From Clostridia bacterium (lineage in GTDB: Bacteria > Bacillota > Clostridia > Christensenellales > UBA1242): a DNA stretch of 64,000 bases. The stretch's first letter is position 1. Each line of letters starts with the position of its first letter. Location: the NCBI GenBank assembly GCA_017621525.1, contig JAGASX010000014.1, forward strand, positions 13,232 to 77,231, written 5' to 3'. Below, in pieces: positions 18,855 through 29,525 of this stretch. The translations under genes and the position numbers were made by a program. A model generated the notes under the pieces. It saw only the letters and a program-made list of their open reading frames with translations. It made no database searches and had not been told where the DNA came from.

Positions 18855-21509
18855 ATGTCAAATCATGCAGATAAAGACCTTAAAGTCATCAAAATCCGTG
18901 AAAGGGTGTTTCGTGCAATAACCGAACAACCAAAGGATTTGGTTTCTTTAAGGTCTTATTCAGTTAAAAGAAAGGTGGTAGATTCTGGCAATAAATTTGA
19001 TACAGCCATAGCCACACTTAAAGACCAAGGCAGAATTTTGGTAAAGGCCGGCAAGGTGTCAATCAATCCAGAATATCTTAAAAGCGCAACTTTTGTTGCA
19101 AAAGGTAGGGGAGGATATCTGCTTATTGACGGAGACAGCAGACAATGGCAAATTGACGGCAACTTGTGCGAGGGCTACCGCACAAACGACCGCGTAAACA
19201 TTGCATTCACGCAATTTGAAGGCAGACAGTTTCCTTTTATAGTTTCCAAACAAAATAATCCTGCCGACCGTTATGCAGGCCTTATTCAAAAGCCAAAAAC
19301 CTTGTTGGGCAGATGTGTAAAAACCAGCCATGATAATTTGGTTTTTATCCCAAATGACAGAAAATACGCACAAAATATGCTTATTTTAAATCAAAAAAGC
19401 ACACTTTCTCGCTTTCAAGATAAAATTTGCGTGATGACCATTATTGATGATGAGGCAGAGGGACGCAGAGGAAGTGGAATTATCACAGAGGTTAAAGGCG
19501 ATGCCGGCAACCCAATTCATGAATATGATGCAATCGCAGAAAGCCATGGTGCAAATATGTCATGGTCGGGTGATGCTATTGAAAAAGAAATTTCGGCAAT
19601 ACCAGAAGAGGTTGACCTTTCAATTTTAAAAGAAAGGGGCATCACAGATTTACGCCACCTTTCATTTACAACCGTTGACCCAGCAACTTGTAAAGATATG
19701 GATGATGCAATTTATTCAACCTATGATGAAAATGGCAGACTTGTAATTTACACAGCAGTTGCAAACGTAACAAAATATGTATCGTTAAACAGCGAAATAG
19801 GCAAAAAATATATAAGCGGAGCGTTTACAACTTACGCACCAAACAAGGCATACAACATTTTGCCACCACAACTTTCAACAGGCATTTGCTCACTTAACCC
19901 AAATGTTCCACGCCGTGCATTTGTGGTAAAAACTGTTATTGATGAGGCGACGGGCAAACCAATATCCAGCGAATTTCTTGATGCTGTTATTGAAAGCAAA
20001 GAAAAGTTTTCTTACCAGCGTGCACAAGAACTTGTAGACCAACTTGGCACAGACTTTGCCTCTTTAAGAAAGAAAATTCTTTTGGGCGGTCAACTTACAA
20101 CAGAAGAACAGGTAGTGTTTAACAGCAGGGTTGCCGACATACTTTGGAAGGGCTTTAACTCTCGTGGTATGATAAGATTTGAAACCAAAGATGAATATGA
20201 AATTCATTTTGATGAAACTTACAGCGATATATTGGATATAACCGCCGAGCCACATATTCCATATCATAAGGTTATCGAGGCGTTTATGCTTACCGCAAAT
20301 GAGGAAAGTGCAAAGTTTGCGCTTGAAAATGATATTGCAAACATATATCGCGTTCACGACCAGCCAAATGAAGATAAAATGGAACAGGCTTATGAATTTT
20401 TCTCATACCTTGGCGTGTCATTTGACGGCGACCTTTCACCAATGGGAATTAAAAGACTTATCGCAAGCGTAGCCGGCAGTTATAAAGAAAAGGCTGTAAA
20501 CAACTTTTTGGTAAGAATGCAAAGTAAAGCCAAATACAGCACTTCAACAAACCCACAAGATGTGCAAATGTTGGGCAGAGCGCGATACATCAAAGGCGAT
20601 AGGGCAAGAAAAAGAAACAGAATGTTGGAAGAGGCATTAAGCGACATGGGCGACATCAGCCACTTTGGCTTGCAAAGCAAACACTATTCCCACACTACAA
20701 GCCCAATTCGCAGAATAACAGACTATATAACCCATTACAACATTTTGGCAGAGATTGCCGGCAGAAAGGGCTTGGATAGTAAAACAGTGCTTGAAATAGC
20801 ACAATGGGCAAACCAAATGCAAGACCAAATTGACCTTGCCGAGCGTGAATTTGCAGATGTAAATTCTGCCATTTACTGCGAGGGACACATTGGCGAAGTT
20901 ATGCATGGCAGAGTAAGCGGGTTTAAGCGAATGGCAGAAAGTAAAACCGCAACCATAGAGGACTTTGTTGTGTTTGTTGAAAATGAGGATAAGGGCATAA
21001 AGGTGCAAATTCCAGCAAGCGAAATCATTGAAAAGGGCATCAAAAACGTTGCAATTTCCCCATACGGAAGTGCAATAGTTTCTAAATCTGGCAACAAACC
21101 GCTTATTCGACTTTGCGATGGGGTAACGTTTAGAATAACCGAGGCAAGCAGATTTACCCGCGAGGTTAAGGCAACAACAGACCTGCAACTTGTTCATGAA
21201 AAAATTGAAGATGTCCGCGAATTTGTAAAGGGAAGCGACAGCCCGGCATTGTGCGCAAAAAGGCAAAGAATGTTGCATAATGACCAACGCGACAGGTCGC
21301 GACAAGTTGAGGCACAACAGCAGTATGCGCTAAACGAAAAACAGGGCAGAAAATATCAAGAAAGCATAGAAAGTCGCACCGGATTTTCTGTTGAAAGCAT
21401 CGAGGCTTATCACGCCAATAAAAATGACGGTATCAATCATAAGAAAAGAAAACATACTCATTCACCGACGGACATTTATGAAATTGATGATGAAAATGAA
21501 AACCAATAA
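18855..21509 (+). CDS. RNase II/R-family exoribonuclease paralogue (RNB + S1 domains, unusual termini)
   Basis: RNB motifs TTVDPATCKDMDDAIYS and HFGLQSKHYSHTTSPIRRITDY. S1-like segment GEVMHGRVSGFKR. About 130-aa charged C-terminal tail. The canonical rnr is at 62321. Confidence 0.82.
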   Translation: MSNHADKDLKVIKIRERVFRAITEQPKDLVSLRSYSVKRKVVDSGNKFDTAIATLKDQGRILVKAGKVSINPEYLKSATFVAKGRGGYLLIDGDSRQWQIDGNLCEGYRTNDRVNIAFTQFEGRQFPFIVSKQNNPADRYAGLIQKPKTLLGRCVKTSHDNLVFIPNDRKYAQNMLILNQKSTLSRFQDKICVMTIIDDEAEGRRGSGIITEVKGDAGNPIHEYDAIAESHGANMSWSGDAIEKEISAIPEEVDLSILKERGITDLRHLSFTTVDPATCKDMDDAIYSTYDENGRLVIYTAVANVTKYVSLNSEIGKKYISGAFTTYAPNKAYNILPPQLSTGICSLNPNVPRRAFVVKTVIDEATGKPISSEFLDAVIESKEKFSYQRAQELVDQLGTDFASLRKKILLGGQLTTEEQVVFNSRVADILWKGFNSRGMIRFETKDEYEIHFDETYSDILDITAEPHIPYHKVIEAFMLTANEESAKFALENDIANIYRVHDQPNEDKMEQAYEFFSYLGVSFDGDLSPMGIKRLIASVAGSYKEKAVNNFLVRMQSKAKYSTSTNPQDVQMLGRARYIKGDRARKRNRMLEEALSDMGDISHFGLQSKHYSHTTSPIRRITDYITHYNILAEIAGRKGLDSKTVLEIAQWANQMQDQIDLAEREFADVNSAIYCEGHIGEVMHGRVSGFKRMAESKTATIEDFVVFVENEDKGIKVQIPASEIIEKGIKNVAISPYGSAIVSKSGNKPLIRLCDGVTFRITEASRFTREVKATTDLQLVHEKIEDVREFVKGSDSPALCAKRQRMLHNDQRDRSRQVEAQQQYALNEKQGRKYQESIESRTGFSVESIEAYHANKNDGINHKKRKHTHSPTDIYEIDDENENQ

Positions 21510-21650
21510 AGATGACATTTTGTCATCTTTTTTTATTTAATAATTGCTTTTGTTTGACAATTTTTTTGGCTAATATTAAAATAAAATCATAAATATAAGC
21601 CTTGCGAATAAAAATATTTATTTTGCAGTAAAATACAAGAGGAGAGTGCT

Positions 21651-24002
21651 ATGGCAAAAACAATTTTTGATACACCAGCATATTTAGAAAAACTTGATAA
21701 ATATTTCAGGGCAACGAACTATCTTTCAGTTGCCCAACTATATCTTTTGGATAATCCGCTTTTGCGTGAGCCCCTTAAAGAAAAACATATTAAGAAAAAA
21801 ATTGTTGGGCATTGGGGCACCGTTCCCGGACAGAACTTTGTTTACACACACCTTAACAGGGTTATAAACAAATATGATTTAAACATGATGCTTATTTCCG
21901 GCCCAGGCCATGGCGGAAACTTCTTTATTTCCAATTCTTACCTTGAAGGGGTTTACAGCGAGGTATACCCAAAAGTTGGCAGAGATAAAGCGGGCATGAC
22001 ACGCCTTTGCAAACAATTTTCATTCCCATGCGGGGTATCAAGCCATGTTGCACCAGAAACGCCGGGCTCAATTCATGAGGGTGGAGAACTTGGTTACAGC
22101 CTTCTTCACGCTTTTGGTGCGGCATTTGATAATAAAGACCTTATAGTTGCAACCATTGTTGGCGATGGCGAGGCAGAAACAGGCCCTCTTGCAACCTCTT
22201 GGAATTCTAATAAATTTTTAAATCCACAAACCGATGGCGCCGTTTTGCCAATACTTCACCTTAACGGATATAAAATCAGCAACCCAACCGTGCTTGCAAG
22301 AATAAGCAAAAAAGAACTTTCTTCTTACCTTGTTGGCTGTGGGTGGGAGCCTATTTTTGTAGAGGGCGACGACCCAAAACAAATGCACCGCAAAATGGCA
22401 AAGGCTATGGACGCGTGCATAGAACAGATAAAACATATTCAAGCCGAGGCAAGAAGTGGGGCGTTACATTCTCGTCCAATTTGGCCTATGATTGTTCTTC
22501 GCACACCAAAAGGGTGGACGGGGCCAAAATTTGTTGGCGGGAAGATGGTGGAAAATTCATTCCGCGCCCACCAAGTGCCAATCCAAATGAATAAGCCAGA
22601 ACATTTACCAATGCTTGAAAGTTGGCTTAAAAGTTATCACCCAGAAGAACTTTTTACAGAAACATACCAACTTAAAAGTGAAATTGCCGACATTTTACCA
22701 AAGGGTGATAAACGCATTTCTGCCTGCCCACAAACAAATCCGGGTGCAAGCAAACTTATTTTACCAAACCTTACAGATTACGCCCTTGAAATAGAGGGAC
22801 ACGGCAAAACCAAAGCACAAGATATGCTTGAACTTGGCAGATACATCAAAGACGTTTTCAAACTTAATAAAGACAATAAAAACTTCCGCCTGTTCTGCCC
22901 AGATGAGGCTATGTCAAACAGACTTTATCATGTTTTTTATGAAGAAAGCAGAGATTTTAATGCAAATATATACCCAACAGATGAATTTTTGGCACCAAAC
23001 GGAAGAATTATGGACAGTTACCTCAGTGAACACGCTTGCGAGGGCTGGCTTGAAGGCTATTTGCTTACAGGAAGACATGGCGTTTTTGCAAGTTATGAGG
23101 CGTTTGTTCGCGTGGTTGACAGCATGGTTTCACAACACGCAAAGTGGCTTAAAGTGATAAATGAACTTCCTTGGCGTAAACCTATTTCATCACTCAACTT
23201 ACTTCTCACTTCCAACGTTTGGCAACAAGACCACAACGGATATACACATCAAGAACCCGGCTTTCTTGACCATGTTGCAAACAAGAAGGCAGATATAACA
23301 AGAATATATCTTCCACCAGATGCAAACACGCTTATTTCTTGCTATGACCACTGCCAAGCAAGCAAAAACTATGTAAATGTGATTATTGCCTCAAAACACC
23401 CAAGCTGGCAATGGCTGAACATGGAAGAGGCAATTGAACATTGCACATTGGGTGCAGGGGAATGGAAGTGGGCAAGCACCTGTCCAAAGGGCAAACAACC
23501 AGACGTTGTGATTGCCTGTGCAGGTGATACACCAACCCTTGAAGCGCTTGCAACAATCAGTTTAATAAAGGAATATTTGCCAGAGGTTAAAGCCCGCTTT
23601 GTTAATGTGGTTGATATGATGAGGCTGGAACCTCACACTCGCCACCCACATGGCATGACAGACGAGGAATTTGATGCACTTTTCACAACAGATAAACCTG
23701 TGATATTCAACTTCCATGGCTATCCAAAATTTATTTACGACCAAGTTGTATCTCGTACAAATAAAAAGATTTATGTGCATGGATATATGGAAGAGGGTAC
23801 AATCACAACGGCATTTGATATGCGTGTTCAAAATCAAATTGACCGCTATCACCTGCTTTTAGATGTCATCGACAAACTTGGACTTACCAAAAAGGAAAAA
23901 TTGATTGAAGAAATAAAGGCAAAACTTGATAAACACAAAAAGTACATTGCAAGATATGGCGTTGATATGCCAGAAATCACCCAATGGCAATGGGAAGAAT
24001 AA
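21651..24002 (+). CDS. xfp: Xylulose-5-P/fructose-6-P phosphoketolase
   Basis: FRATNYLSVAQLYLLDNPLL, GHWGTVPGQNF, GPGHGG, 783 aa. Confidence 0.93.
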   Translation: MAKTIFDTPAYLEKLDKYFRATNYLSVAQLYLLDNPLLREPLKEKHIKKKIVGHWGTVPGQNFVYTHLNRVINKYDLNMMLISGPGHGGNFFISNSYLEGVYSEVYPKVGRDKAGMTRLCKQFSFPCGVSSHVAPETPGSIHEGGELGYSLLHAFGAAFDNKDLIVATIVGDGEAETGPLATSWNSNKFLNPQTDGAVLPILHLNGYKISNPTVLARISKKELSSYLVGCGWEPIFVEGDDPKQMHRKMAKAMDACIEQIKHIQAEARSGALHSRPIWPMIVLRTPKGWTGPKFVGGKMVENSFRAHQVPIQMNKPEHLPMLESWLKSYHPEELFTETYQLKSEIADILPKGDKRISACPQTNPGASKLILPNLTDYALEIEGHGKTKAQDMLELGRYIKDVFKLNKDNKNFRLFCPDEAMSNRLYHVFYEESRDFNANIYPTDEFLAPNGRIMDSYLSEHACEGWLEGYLLTGRHGVFASYEAFVRVVDSMVSQHAKWLKVINELPWRKPISSLNLLLTSNVWQQDHNGYTHQEPGFLDHVANKKADITRIYLPPDANTLISCYDHCQASKNYVNVIIASKHPSWQWLNMEEAIEHCTLGAGEWKWASTCPKGKQPDVVIACAGDTPTLEALATISLIKEYLPEVKARFVNVVDMMRLEPHTRHPHGMTDEEFDALFTTDKPVIFNFHGYPKFIYDQVVSRTNKKIYVHGYMEEGTITTAFDMRVQNQIDRYHLLLDVIDKLGLTKKEKLIEEIKAKLDKHKKYIARYGVDMPEITQWQWEE

Positions 24003-24031
24003 AAAAAGTTGGACTTGTTCCAACTTTTTTG
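24003..24031. terminator. Bidirectional intrinsic terminator
   Basis: GTTGGA-cttgt-TCCAAC with flanking A7/T6. Confidence 0.8.
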
Positions 24032-25195
24032 TTACAAATTTTTACCTACAATAACCCCACTTGTCCAAGCCCATTGAAGATTGTATCCACCGCAAAGGCC
24101 GTCAACATCGCAAACTTCACCGCAGAAATATAAATTTTTATATTTTTTATGCTGTAAATTTTCATCTAAATCACATAAATCAATTCCGCCAGAATAAACT
24201 TGATTGTTTTCATAAAATCCACAAACTTCAAATTGCAAATTTTTAATAGTTTTTGCAAGCATTTCAATTTCTTTATCACTCATTTCAGTTGAAATGCGAT
24301 TTTCATTTATTTTGCATTTTTCAAAAAGATAATAGGCAAAACCATTTGCAAACATACCCTCAAAAAATTTGCTTACTTTCACATTCAAACTTCTTCGAGC
24401 CTGCAACTTTGCAATCAAATCTTTAATTTCAGTATTTGGCAATGCGTCAAGCAAAATTGTTCCGCTGTAACTTTTATTTCTTGCAAATATACAAGATGCA
24501 TTAAAAATTGCAATTCCACTTAAACCATGCTCTTTAAAAAGCACTTCGCCCACTTCGCAATATTTTGCATCGCAACACTTTGCCAAAACTTTAACAGGTG
24601 AAAGCCTTATTCCATTTAAAAGTTTTGTGTTTTCTTTGGTTTGCAGTGCACATAAACTTGCAAAATTTTTCACAACTTTTAAATTAAGATCTTGCAATAA
24701 ATTAAAGGTGTTGCCACCGGTTGCAACCACAAGTTTTGTTGCAACAAAAACTTCATCTTGGCAGAAAATTTTAAACTTTTCACCATATTTTTCAATTTTT
24801 TCTATGATTTTTTCATTAAAAACGCATATATTTTCACATTTTTCAAGTTTATTGCATAAAACATCAATTACAGACTTTGCAGAACCCGAAAGGGGATAAA
24901 TTCGCCCCTCATCATCTTTATAACAACACAGCCCCAAATTTTCAAAAAACTTTATTGCATCATCAGGAGAAAATTTTTGCAAAAACTTATCAATGTTGTG
25001 ATTATAAAAATTTACCGACGGAGTGCAAATGACGTTGCTTAAATTACATCTGCCATTGCCCGTTGCCATAAGTTTTTTTGCGGGCGATTTGTTTTTGTCA
25101 ATAATGGCAATACTTTTCCCACTTGCCGATGCCTCAATTGCCGAGATAACCCCGCTTGCACCACTACCTAAAATTACAATATCAAAATTTTTCAT
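24032..25195 (-). CDS. HI0933/BaiN-like FAD-dependent oxidoreductase
   Basis: N-terminal dinucleotide fold DIVILGSGASGVISA. C-terminal YFCGEVCDVDGLCGGYNLQWAWTSG signature. Confidence 0.78.
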   Translation of the reverse strand: MKNFDIVILGSGASGVISAIEASASGKSIAIIDKNKSPAKKLMATGNGRCNLSNVICTPSVNFYNHNIDKFLQKFSPDDAIKFFENLGLCCYKDDEGRIYPLSGSAKSVIDVLCNKLEKCENICVFNEKIIEKIEKYGEKFKIFCQDEVFVATKLVVATGGNTFNLLQDLNLKVVKNFASLCALQTKENTKLLNGIRLSPVKVLAKCCDAKYCEVGEVLFKEHGLSGIAIFNASCIFARNKSYSGTILLDALPNTEIKDLIAKLQARRSLNVKVSKFFEGMFANGFAYYLFEKCKINENRISTEMSDKEIEMLAKTIKNLQFEVCGFYENNQVYSGGIDLCDLDENLQHKKYKNLYFCGEVCDVDGLCGGYNLQWAWTSGVIVGKNL

Positions 25196-25323
25196 AAACA
25201 CCCTTTTTTAATCAACTTTTTTAAATTATATCATAAAATGTCATGTAAATAAAAGGATTTTTTTAAAAAAGGCATTGATTTTTGCCTTTTGTGATGATAT
25301 AATCCTATTAAGGAATTAAAGTT

Positions 25324-26094
25324 ATGCATTATTTTGATAGTTTAAAGAAAAAAGATTTGTTAGATGTCGTTGCCGAGGGCATGAAACTTGCAAAAGATAA
25401 AGATGGATTTTGTAAGTTTGCAGAAGAAAATTGGGATATTGCCGATGGCGATTATGTACGTGCAGTTATTGCAACAACAAAAATACTTAAAGGTTGCAGT
25501 TTTGGCAAAACTCATGATGTTCATGTTTTCCAATTTATTTTTGGCGGGGTTGGTTTAGAAAGTGCAGTTGAAAAATATTTTGATACTGACGGCAGTTTAA
25601 TGCAAGAATATCATCAATGCATAGAAAATTATGCCGAAATGGACGCACTTTACACCCAACTTCAAAAAGTTACAAGATATGAATATAGCCCACTTATAAA
25701 AAATATAGATTTTTATAGAATTATGGACTATCAAAATAAAAAGGTTATTATGTCAACAATTTATGGCGACAAAATCACCGATAAAAAGGAATGTAAACTT
25801 CGTATGTATGGTGCATCTGCAAAACATGCAAAGGTGCGCGTAGACGGCAAAATTCTTCCACTTGTTGGCATTAAAAATGGGGTAATTGATATTCGCGACC
25901 CAGAAACACTTGAAATGATATATCAAAACCACTATCTTGCAAATGATAAATTTTCATCAGTTCAAAGGGCGGGCTTTGTGTTTGGCAGTGAAGAGGCTGT
26001 AAATGAATACGCCAATAAGGTGCGCGAAATTTCAACCCGCACACAACGCAGACCACAGGCAAATTCAGACGGCGACCGTGAAATTTTAATGTAA
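25324..26094 (+). CDS. Hypothetical protein (256 aa)
   Basis: Clean ORF with its own AT-rich promoter region and a terminator (26098-26130). No recognisable motif. Confidence 0.6.
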   Translation: MHYFDSLKKKDLLDVVAEGMKLAKDKDGFCKFAEENWDIADGDYVRAVIATTKILKGCSFGKTHDVHVFQFIFGGVGLESAVEKYFDTDGSLMQEYHQCIENYAEMDALYTQLQKVTRYEYSPLIKNIDFYRIMDYQNKKVIMSTIYGDKITDKKECKLRMYGASAKHAKVRVDGKILPLVGIKNGVIDIRDPETLEMIYQNHYLANDKFSSVQRAGFVFGSEEAVNEYANKVREISTRTQRRPQANSDGDREILM

Positions 26095-26151
26095 ACAAAA
26101 AATCAACCATTTTGGGTTGATTTTTTTTTGCATATTTGGTAAACTTTTTAT

Positions 26152-27432
26152 GTGAAAATTGCTGTGCTTACATTGGGGTGCAAGGTAAATAAATATGAAA
26201 GCGACGCCCTTGAATATCAACTTAATTTAAATGGATTTGAAACGACAGACGTGTTATGCCCTGCCGATATTTATGTTATCAACACCTGCGCGGTAACGGC
26301 AGAGGCGGAAAAGAAGTCCCGCCAAATGATTGCAAGGTGCAAAAAATTCAATCCAAATGCTGGGATTTTTGTTTGCGGTTGTGCAAGCCAAAACAACAGT
26401 GTGCAGTTTTTAAACAAAGATGTTGTATGCGTAAGCGGAGTTGCCGGAAAGTTTAAAATTGCACAATACATTGCAGAATTTGCAAAAAATCATCAAAAAA
26501 CACAAAAAAAACAGCAATTTATTGATGATTTACCAACAGAATATGAAGATGATATGCACGCAAAACAAAATCGCACCCGCGCGTATGTTAAAATTCAAGA
26601 CGGTTGCAACAACTTTTGCTCTTATTGTATAATTCCATATTTAAGGGGCAGAAGTCGCTCTCGCCCAATCTTTTCAATCATCAATGAGGTTGCCTCACTT
26701 GATGAAAACATCAAAGAGGTGGTGCTTACTGGAATAAATGTAACCGACTATAAAATAGACGGTGAAAAGGGGCTTGGTATACTTCTTGAAGAACTTGACA
26801 CCATGGGCAAACGCCTTCGCCTTGGTTCGGTTGAAGACACCTTAGTTGATGAAGAATTTATAAAAAAACTTACCACATTTGATAATTTTTGCCCACATTT
26901 TCACCTTTCACTTCAAAGTGGCTCAGCAAGCGTGCTTAAAAAAATGAACAGGCACTATACGCCAGAGCAGTTTGAAAATTCGGTGGGGCTTATAAGAAAG
27001 TATTTTCCTCTTGCCGGCATCACCACAGACGTTATTGTAGGTTTTGGTGATGAAAGCGAAGAGGAATTTGAAGAAACCTTAAACTTTGTAAAAAGGGTAG
27101 GTTTCAGTCAACTACATATTTTCACATATTCAAAACGCGACGGCACAGTTGCATCAAAACTATATAAAGACCTGCCCGCACAAATAAAACAATCAAGAAG
27201 CGACAGACTTGAAGAAGTTGCACAAACCTTAAAAAACAATTTTATAAAGAAAAACAAAAAAGGAAAAGTGCTTTTTGAAGAAAGGGTTGACGGTTTCTAC
27301 GTTGGCTATACCGAAAACTATATAAGATGCTACGTTAAAAGCAAAAAAGATATAACCGGTCAAATTCTTCCTGTAAAAATTGGCAGACCTTTCAAGGACG
27401 GTGCAAAGGCAAAAATTATCAAAAAAATATAG
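26152..27432 (+). CDS. mtaB: tRNA t6A37 methylthiotransferase MtaB (radical SAM, MiaB-like)
   Basis: UPF0004 N-domain (LGCKVNKYES), radical-SAM CNNFCSYCIIP, C-terminal TRAM-like end. mtaB-rpsU neighbourhood as in B. subtilis yqeV. GTG start. Confidence 0.85.
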   Translation: MKIAVLTLGCKVNKYESDALEYQLNLNGFETTDVLCPADIYVINTCAVTAEAEKKSRQMIARCKKFNPNAGIFVCGCASQNNSVQFLNKDVVCVSGVAGKFKIAQYIAEFAKNHQKTQKKQQFIDDLPTEYEDDMHAKQNRTRAYVKIQDGCNNFCSYCIIPYLRGRSRSRPIFSIINEVASLDENIKEVVLTGINVTDYKIDGEKGLGILLEELDTMGKRLRLGSVEDTLVDEEFIKKLTTFDNFCPHFHLSLQSGSASVLKKMNRHYTPEQFENSVGLIRKYFPLAGITTDVIVGFGDESEEEFEETLNFVKRVGFSQLHIFTYSKRDGTVASKLYKDLPAQIKQSRSDRLEEVAQTLKNNFIKKNKKGKVLFEERVDGFYVGYTENYIRCYVKSKKDITGQILPVKIGRPFKDGAKAKIIKKI

Positions 27433-27442
27433 CCCTTTTCCT

Positions 27443-27471
27443 TGACAAAGGGGGATAAAATCAATATAATA
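27443..27471 (+). promoter_or_regulatory. Consensus SigA promoter for rpsU
   Basis: TTGACA (27443-27448), 17 nt, TATAAT (27466-27471). Confidence 0.7.
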
Positions 27472-27507
27472 ATATAGAATTTTGAAAATTAGAAGGTGGT
27501 GAGAAGA

Positions 27508-27690
27508 TTGACAACTGTTAAAGTAGGCGAAAACGAAACTCTTGAAAGTGCTCTTAAAAGATTTAAAAGAAAATGCCAAAAAGACGGTATCATTGGCGAC
27601 ATAAGAAGAAAAGAAGCTTATGATAAGCCAAGCGTTGCAAAGAAAAAGAAAAGAGAAGCCGCTCGTAAAAGAGCAAGAAAAAGAGGCTAA
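27508..27690 (+). CDS. rpsU: 30S ribosomal protein S21
   Basis: (L)[41 protein letters not shown]... TTG 27508 lies after GGTGGTGA. The track's GTG at 27496 lies in the RBS. Confidence 0.9.
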   Translation: MTTVKVGENETLESALKRFKRKCQKDGIIGDIRRKEAYDKPSVAKKKKREAARKRARKRG

Positions 27691-27745
27691 ACCTCAACAC
27701 CTTGTGCAAATGGCACAAACATAAAATTTTAAAAGGAGAAGAATA

Positions 27746-28096
27746 ATGGCAAACATAATCGACCAAATCGAGAAAGAAAACATGAAAGAAAATCTCCCAG
27801 AATTTAATATCGGCGACACTGTTAAAGTTGGCGTTCAAATTAAAGAAGGAGATAAAACCAGAATCCAAAATTATGAAGGCGTTGTCATCGCTCGCAAAAA
27901 TGGCGGAATTCGTGAAACTTTCACTGTAAGAAAAATTTCAAATGGCGTTGGCGTTGAAAGAACTTTCCCTTGCCACTCTCCACTTGTTGCAAGTGTAGAA
28001 GTTGTAAGAAAAGGTAAACCAAGACGTGCTAAACTTTACTATGTAAGAGAACTTACAGGTAAAGCAGCAAAAATTAAATCTGCTGACAACAACTAA
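27746..28096 (+). CDS. rplS: 50S ribosomal protein L19
   Basis: [54 protein letters not shown]... Confidence 0.95.
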   Translation: MANIIDQIEKENMKENLPEFNIGDTVKVGVQIKEGDKTRIQNYEGVVIARKNGGIRETFTVRKISNGVGVERTFPCHSPLVASVEVVRKGKPRRAKLYYVRELTGKAAKIKSADNN

Positions 28097-28140
28097 AAAA
28101 CATAAAACGCTGCAAAATCTGCGGTGTTTTTTTGTTTCCC

Positions 28141-28560
28141 AAGCACCCCCGCGGACTTGCAACCCGCGGGGACGCTTTTTTACGTCGCACCCGCGTTGAC
28201 CTTCGACCAACGCAGACGCTTCCGCCCCGCTCCGCTAAATCAGTTTGAATTAAACAAGCCCCCTCGTTGAGGGGGCTGTCGGCAAAGCCGACTGGGGGAG
28301 TTGAATTAAGTGAAAAGTTAATAGTGAAAAGTGAAAAGGTGTGCCCCGCTCCGCACGCTTGGCGAGTGGTGCCCGCCTTGCACGCTTCGCTAAATAAGAT
28401 TTATTAAACGCCCGTTGTTAGTCATTCGCATACCGCACCGCACTAAAAGCGACAATAATCCTCCTCGCCGAAGGGCTGTCAACCCGCATGGTTTGACTGT
28501 GGGAGTTTACACTTTTGTCGCCTTTCAGACAACTCCCTCCGCCCGGCGTTCAACATAGAT
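28141..28560 (+). repeat. Mosaic of GC-rich modules downstream of rplS (F1, D2, E2, B2, C-like and further GC-rich hairpins)
   Basis: F1 stem CCCCGCGG (28147-28154), loop ACTTGCAAC, stem CCGCGGGG (28164-28171) plus T-run. D2 stem 28191-28198 / 28208-28215. E2 28256-28300. B2 28301-28343. Confidence 0.9.
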
Positions 28561-28689
28561 TTAAGTAAGTTGTAAGGGAGAGTTGCATTAAAAATGCCTT
28601 TCAAAACCTTACAAAATATTTAAAAATAATAATTTTCAATAAAAATGTACACGGAGGGGTAAAAATCTTTCGACACTTTTTGCAAACGC

Positions 28690-28718
28690 TTGACAAAGGT
28701 GTTTTTGGGCTATATAAT
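28690..28718 (+). promoter_or_regulatory. Perfect consensus SigA promoter
   Basis: TTGACA (28690-28695), 17 nt, TATAAT (28713-28718). This shows the ORF-track start at 28690 is the -35 box, not a start codon. Confidence 0.7.
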
Positions 28719-28737
28719 GGGGGTAGGAGATGAGAAA

Positions 28738-29424
28738 ATGACAGTTAAACAACGTGTAGCAAAATTTGTTGAAGAAAATTATGACAAACAAAAAGCACTT
28801 TTTGATGCAAGTACAATTTCAAGCGATTATAAACTTATGGGTGTAAAAACGCCAAACCTTATTTCTTTTGCAAAAAAACTTGTTAAAGATGGCGTTCAAT
28901 ATAACGAACTTCCAAAACGCAATCATGAAGAAATTTTAATTTCCGGCCTTTTTATTGCTTTTTGCAAGGCACCAGCCGAAGAGAAAGTTGAATATATAAA
29001 GGAATATCTTACTTATGTAGACAACTGGGCAACTTGCGACCTTGTTTCTGCAAAATTGGTAAATTTAGAAGACCAACAAGCATTTTTTGAGCAACTTCTT
29101 ACCAGCACAAAACCATATGATGTACGCTTTGCAGTGGTTTGGTTTAAAAGATTTGTTTTAAAAAATGATGTTCGTGGCACAGTAAATTTAATTAATAAAA
29201 GCGTAAAATGCACCGATTATTATGTTGAAATGGCACTTGCTTGGATTTACTGCGAGGCGCTTTTGCTTGATTATGACTATATGCTTAAATGGGTGCAAAA
29301 ACTCGCCCGTTATGTAATTCGCAACCGCACACTTTCAAAGGCTTGCGACTCTTACAGAACAACGCCAGAGCAGAAAAAAGAAATTCGTGCACTTCGTAGC
29401 AAACTTTTGGGCATTGAAATTTAA
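28738..29424 (+). CDS. DNA alkylation repair protein (HEAT-like repeat, AlkC/AlkD-type family)
   Basis: AGGAGA RBS then ATG 28738. All-helical about 228 aa with the pattern ...KLMGVKTPNLISFAKKL...NHEEILISGLFIA...WATCDLV... Family call by eye only. Confidence 0.65.
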   Translation: MTVKQRVAKFVEENYDKQKALFDASTISSDYKLMGVKTPNLISFAKKLVKDGVQYNELPKRNHEEILISGLFIAFCKAPAEEKVEYIKEYLTYVDNWATCDLVSAKLVNLEDQQAFFEQLLTSTKPYDVRFAVVWFKRFVLKNDVRGTVNLINKSVKCTDYYVEMALAWIYCEALLLDYDYMLKWVQKLARYVIRNRTLSKACDSYRTTPEQKKEIRALRSKLLGIEI

Positions 29425-29525
29425 TGAATTAAAAAGGGGATTTAATATCCCTTTTTTCTTTTTTATCGCCGATTGCTTGGAAAAAATAGTTGTTTTGTAT
29501 TATAATCGAATTTATAGGAGCAAAT

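Noticed and set aside
27690-27746. Possible L19 leader or attenuator hairpin (TTGTGC-aaatg-GCACAA) between rpsU and rplS.
   Set aside because: It is only about 55 nt, has no T-run, and I cannot verify the Rfam L19-leader structure by eye, so it is too weak to call.
28690-28737. ORF-track start codon (TTG) for the DNA alkylation repair gene.
   Set aside because: That TTG is the first half of a perfect TTGACA-17-TATAAT promoter. The real start is ATG 28738, behind an AGGAGA RBS.
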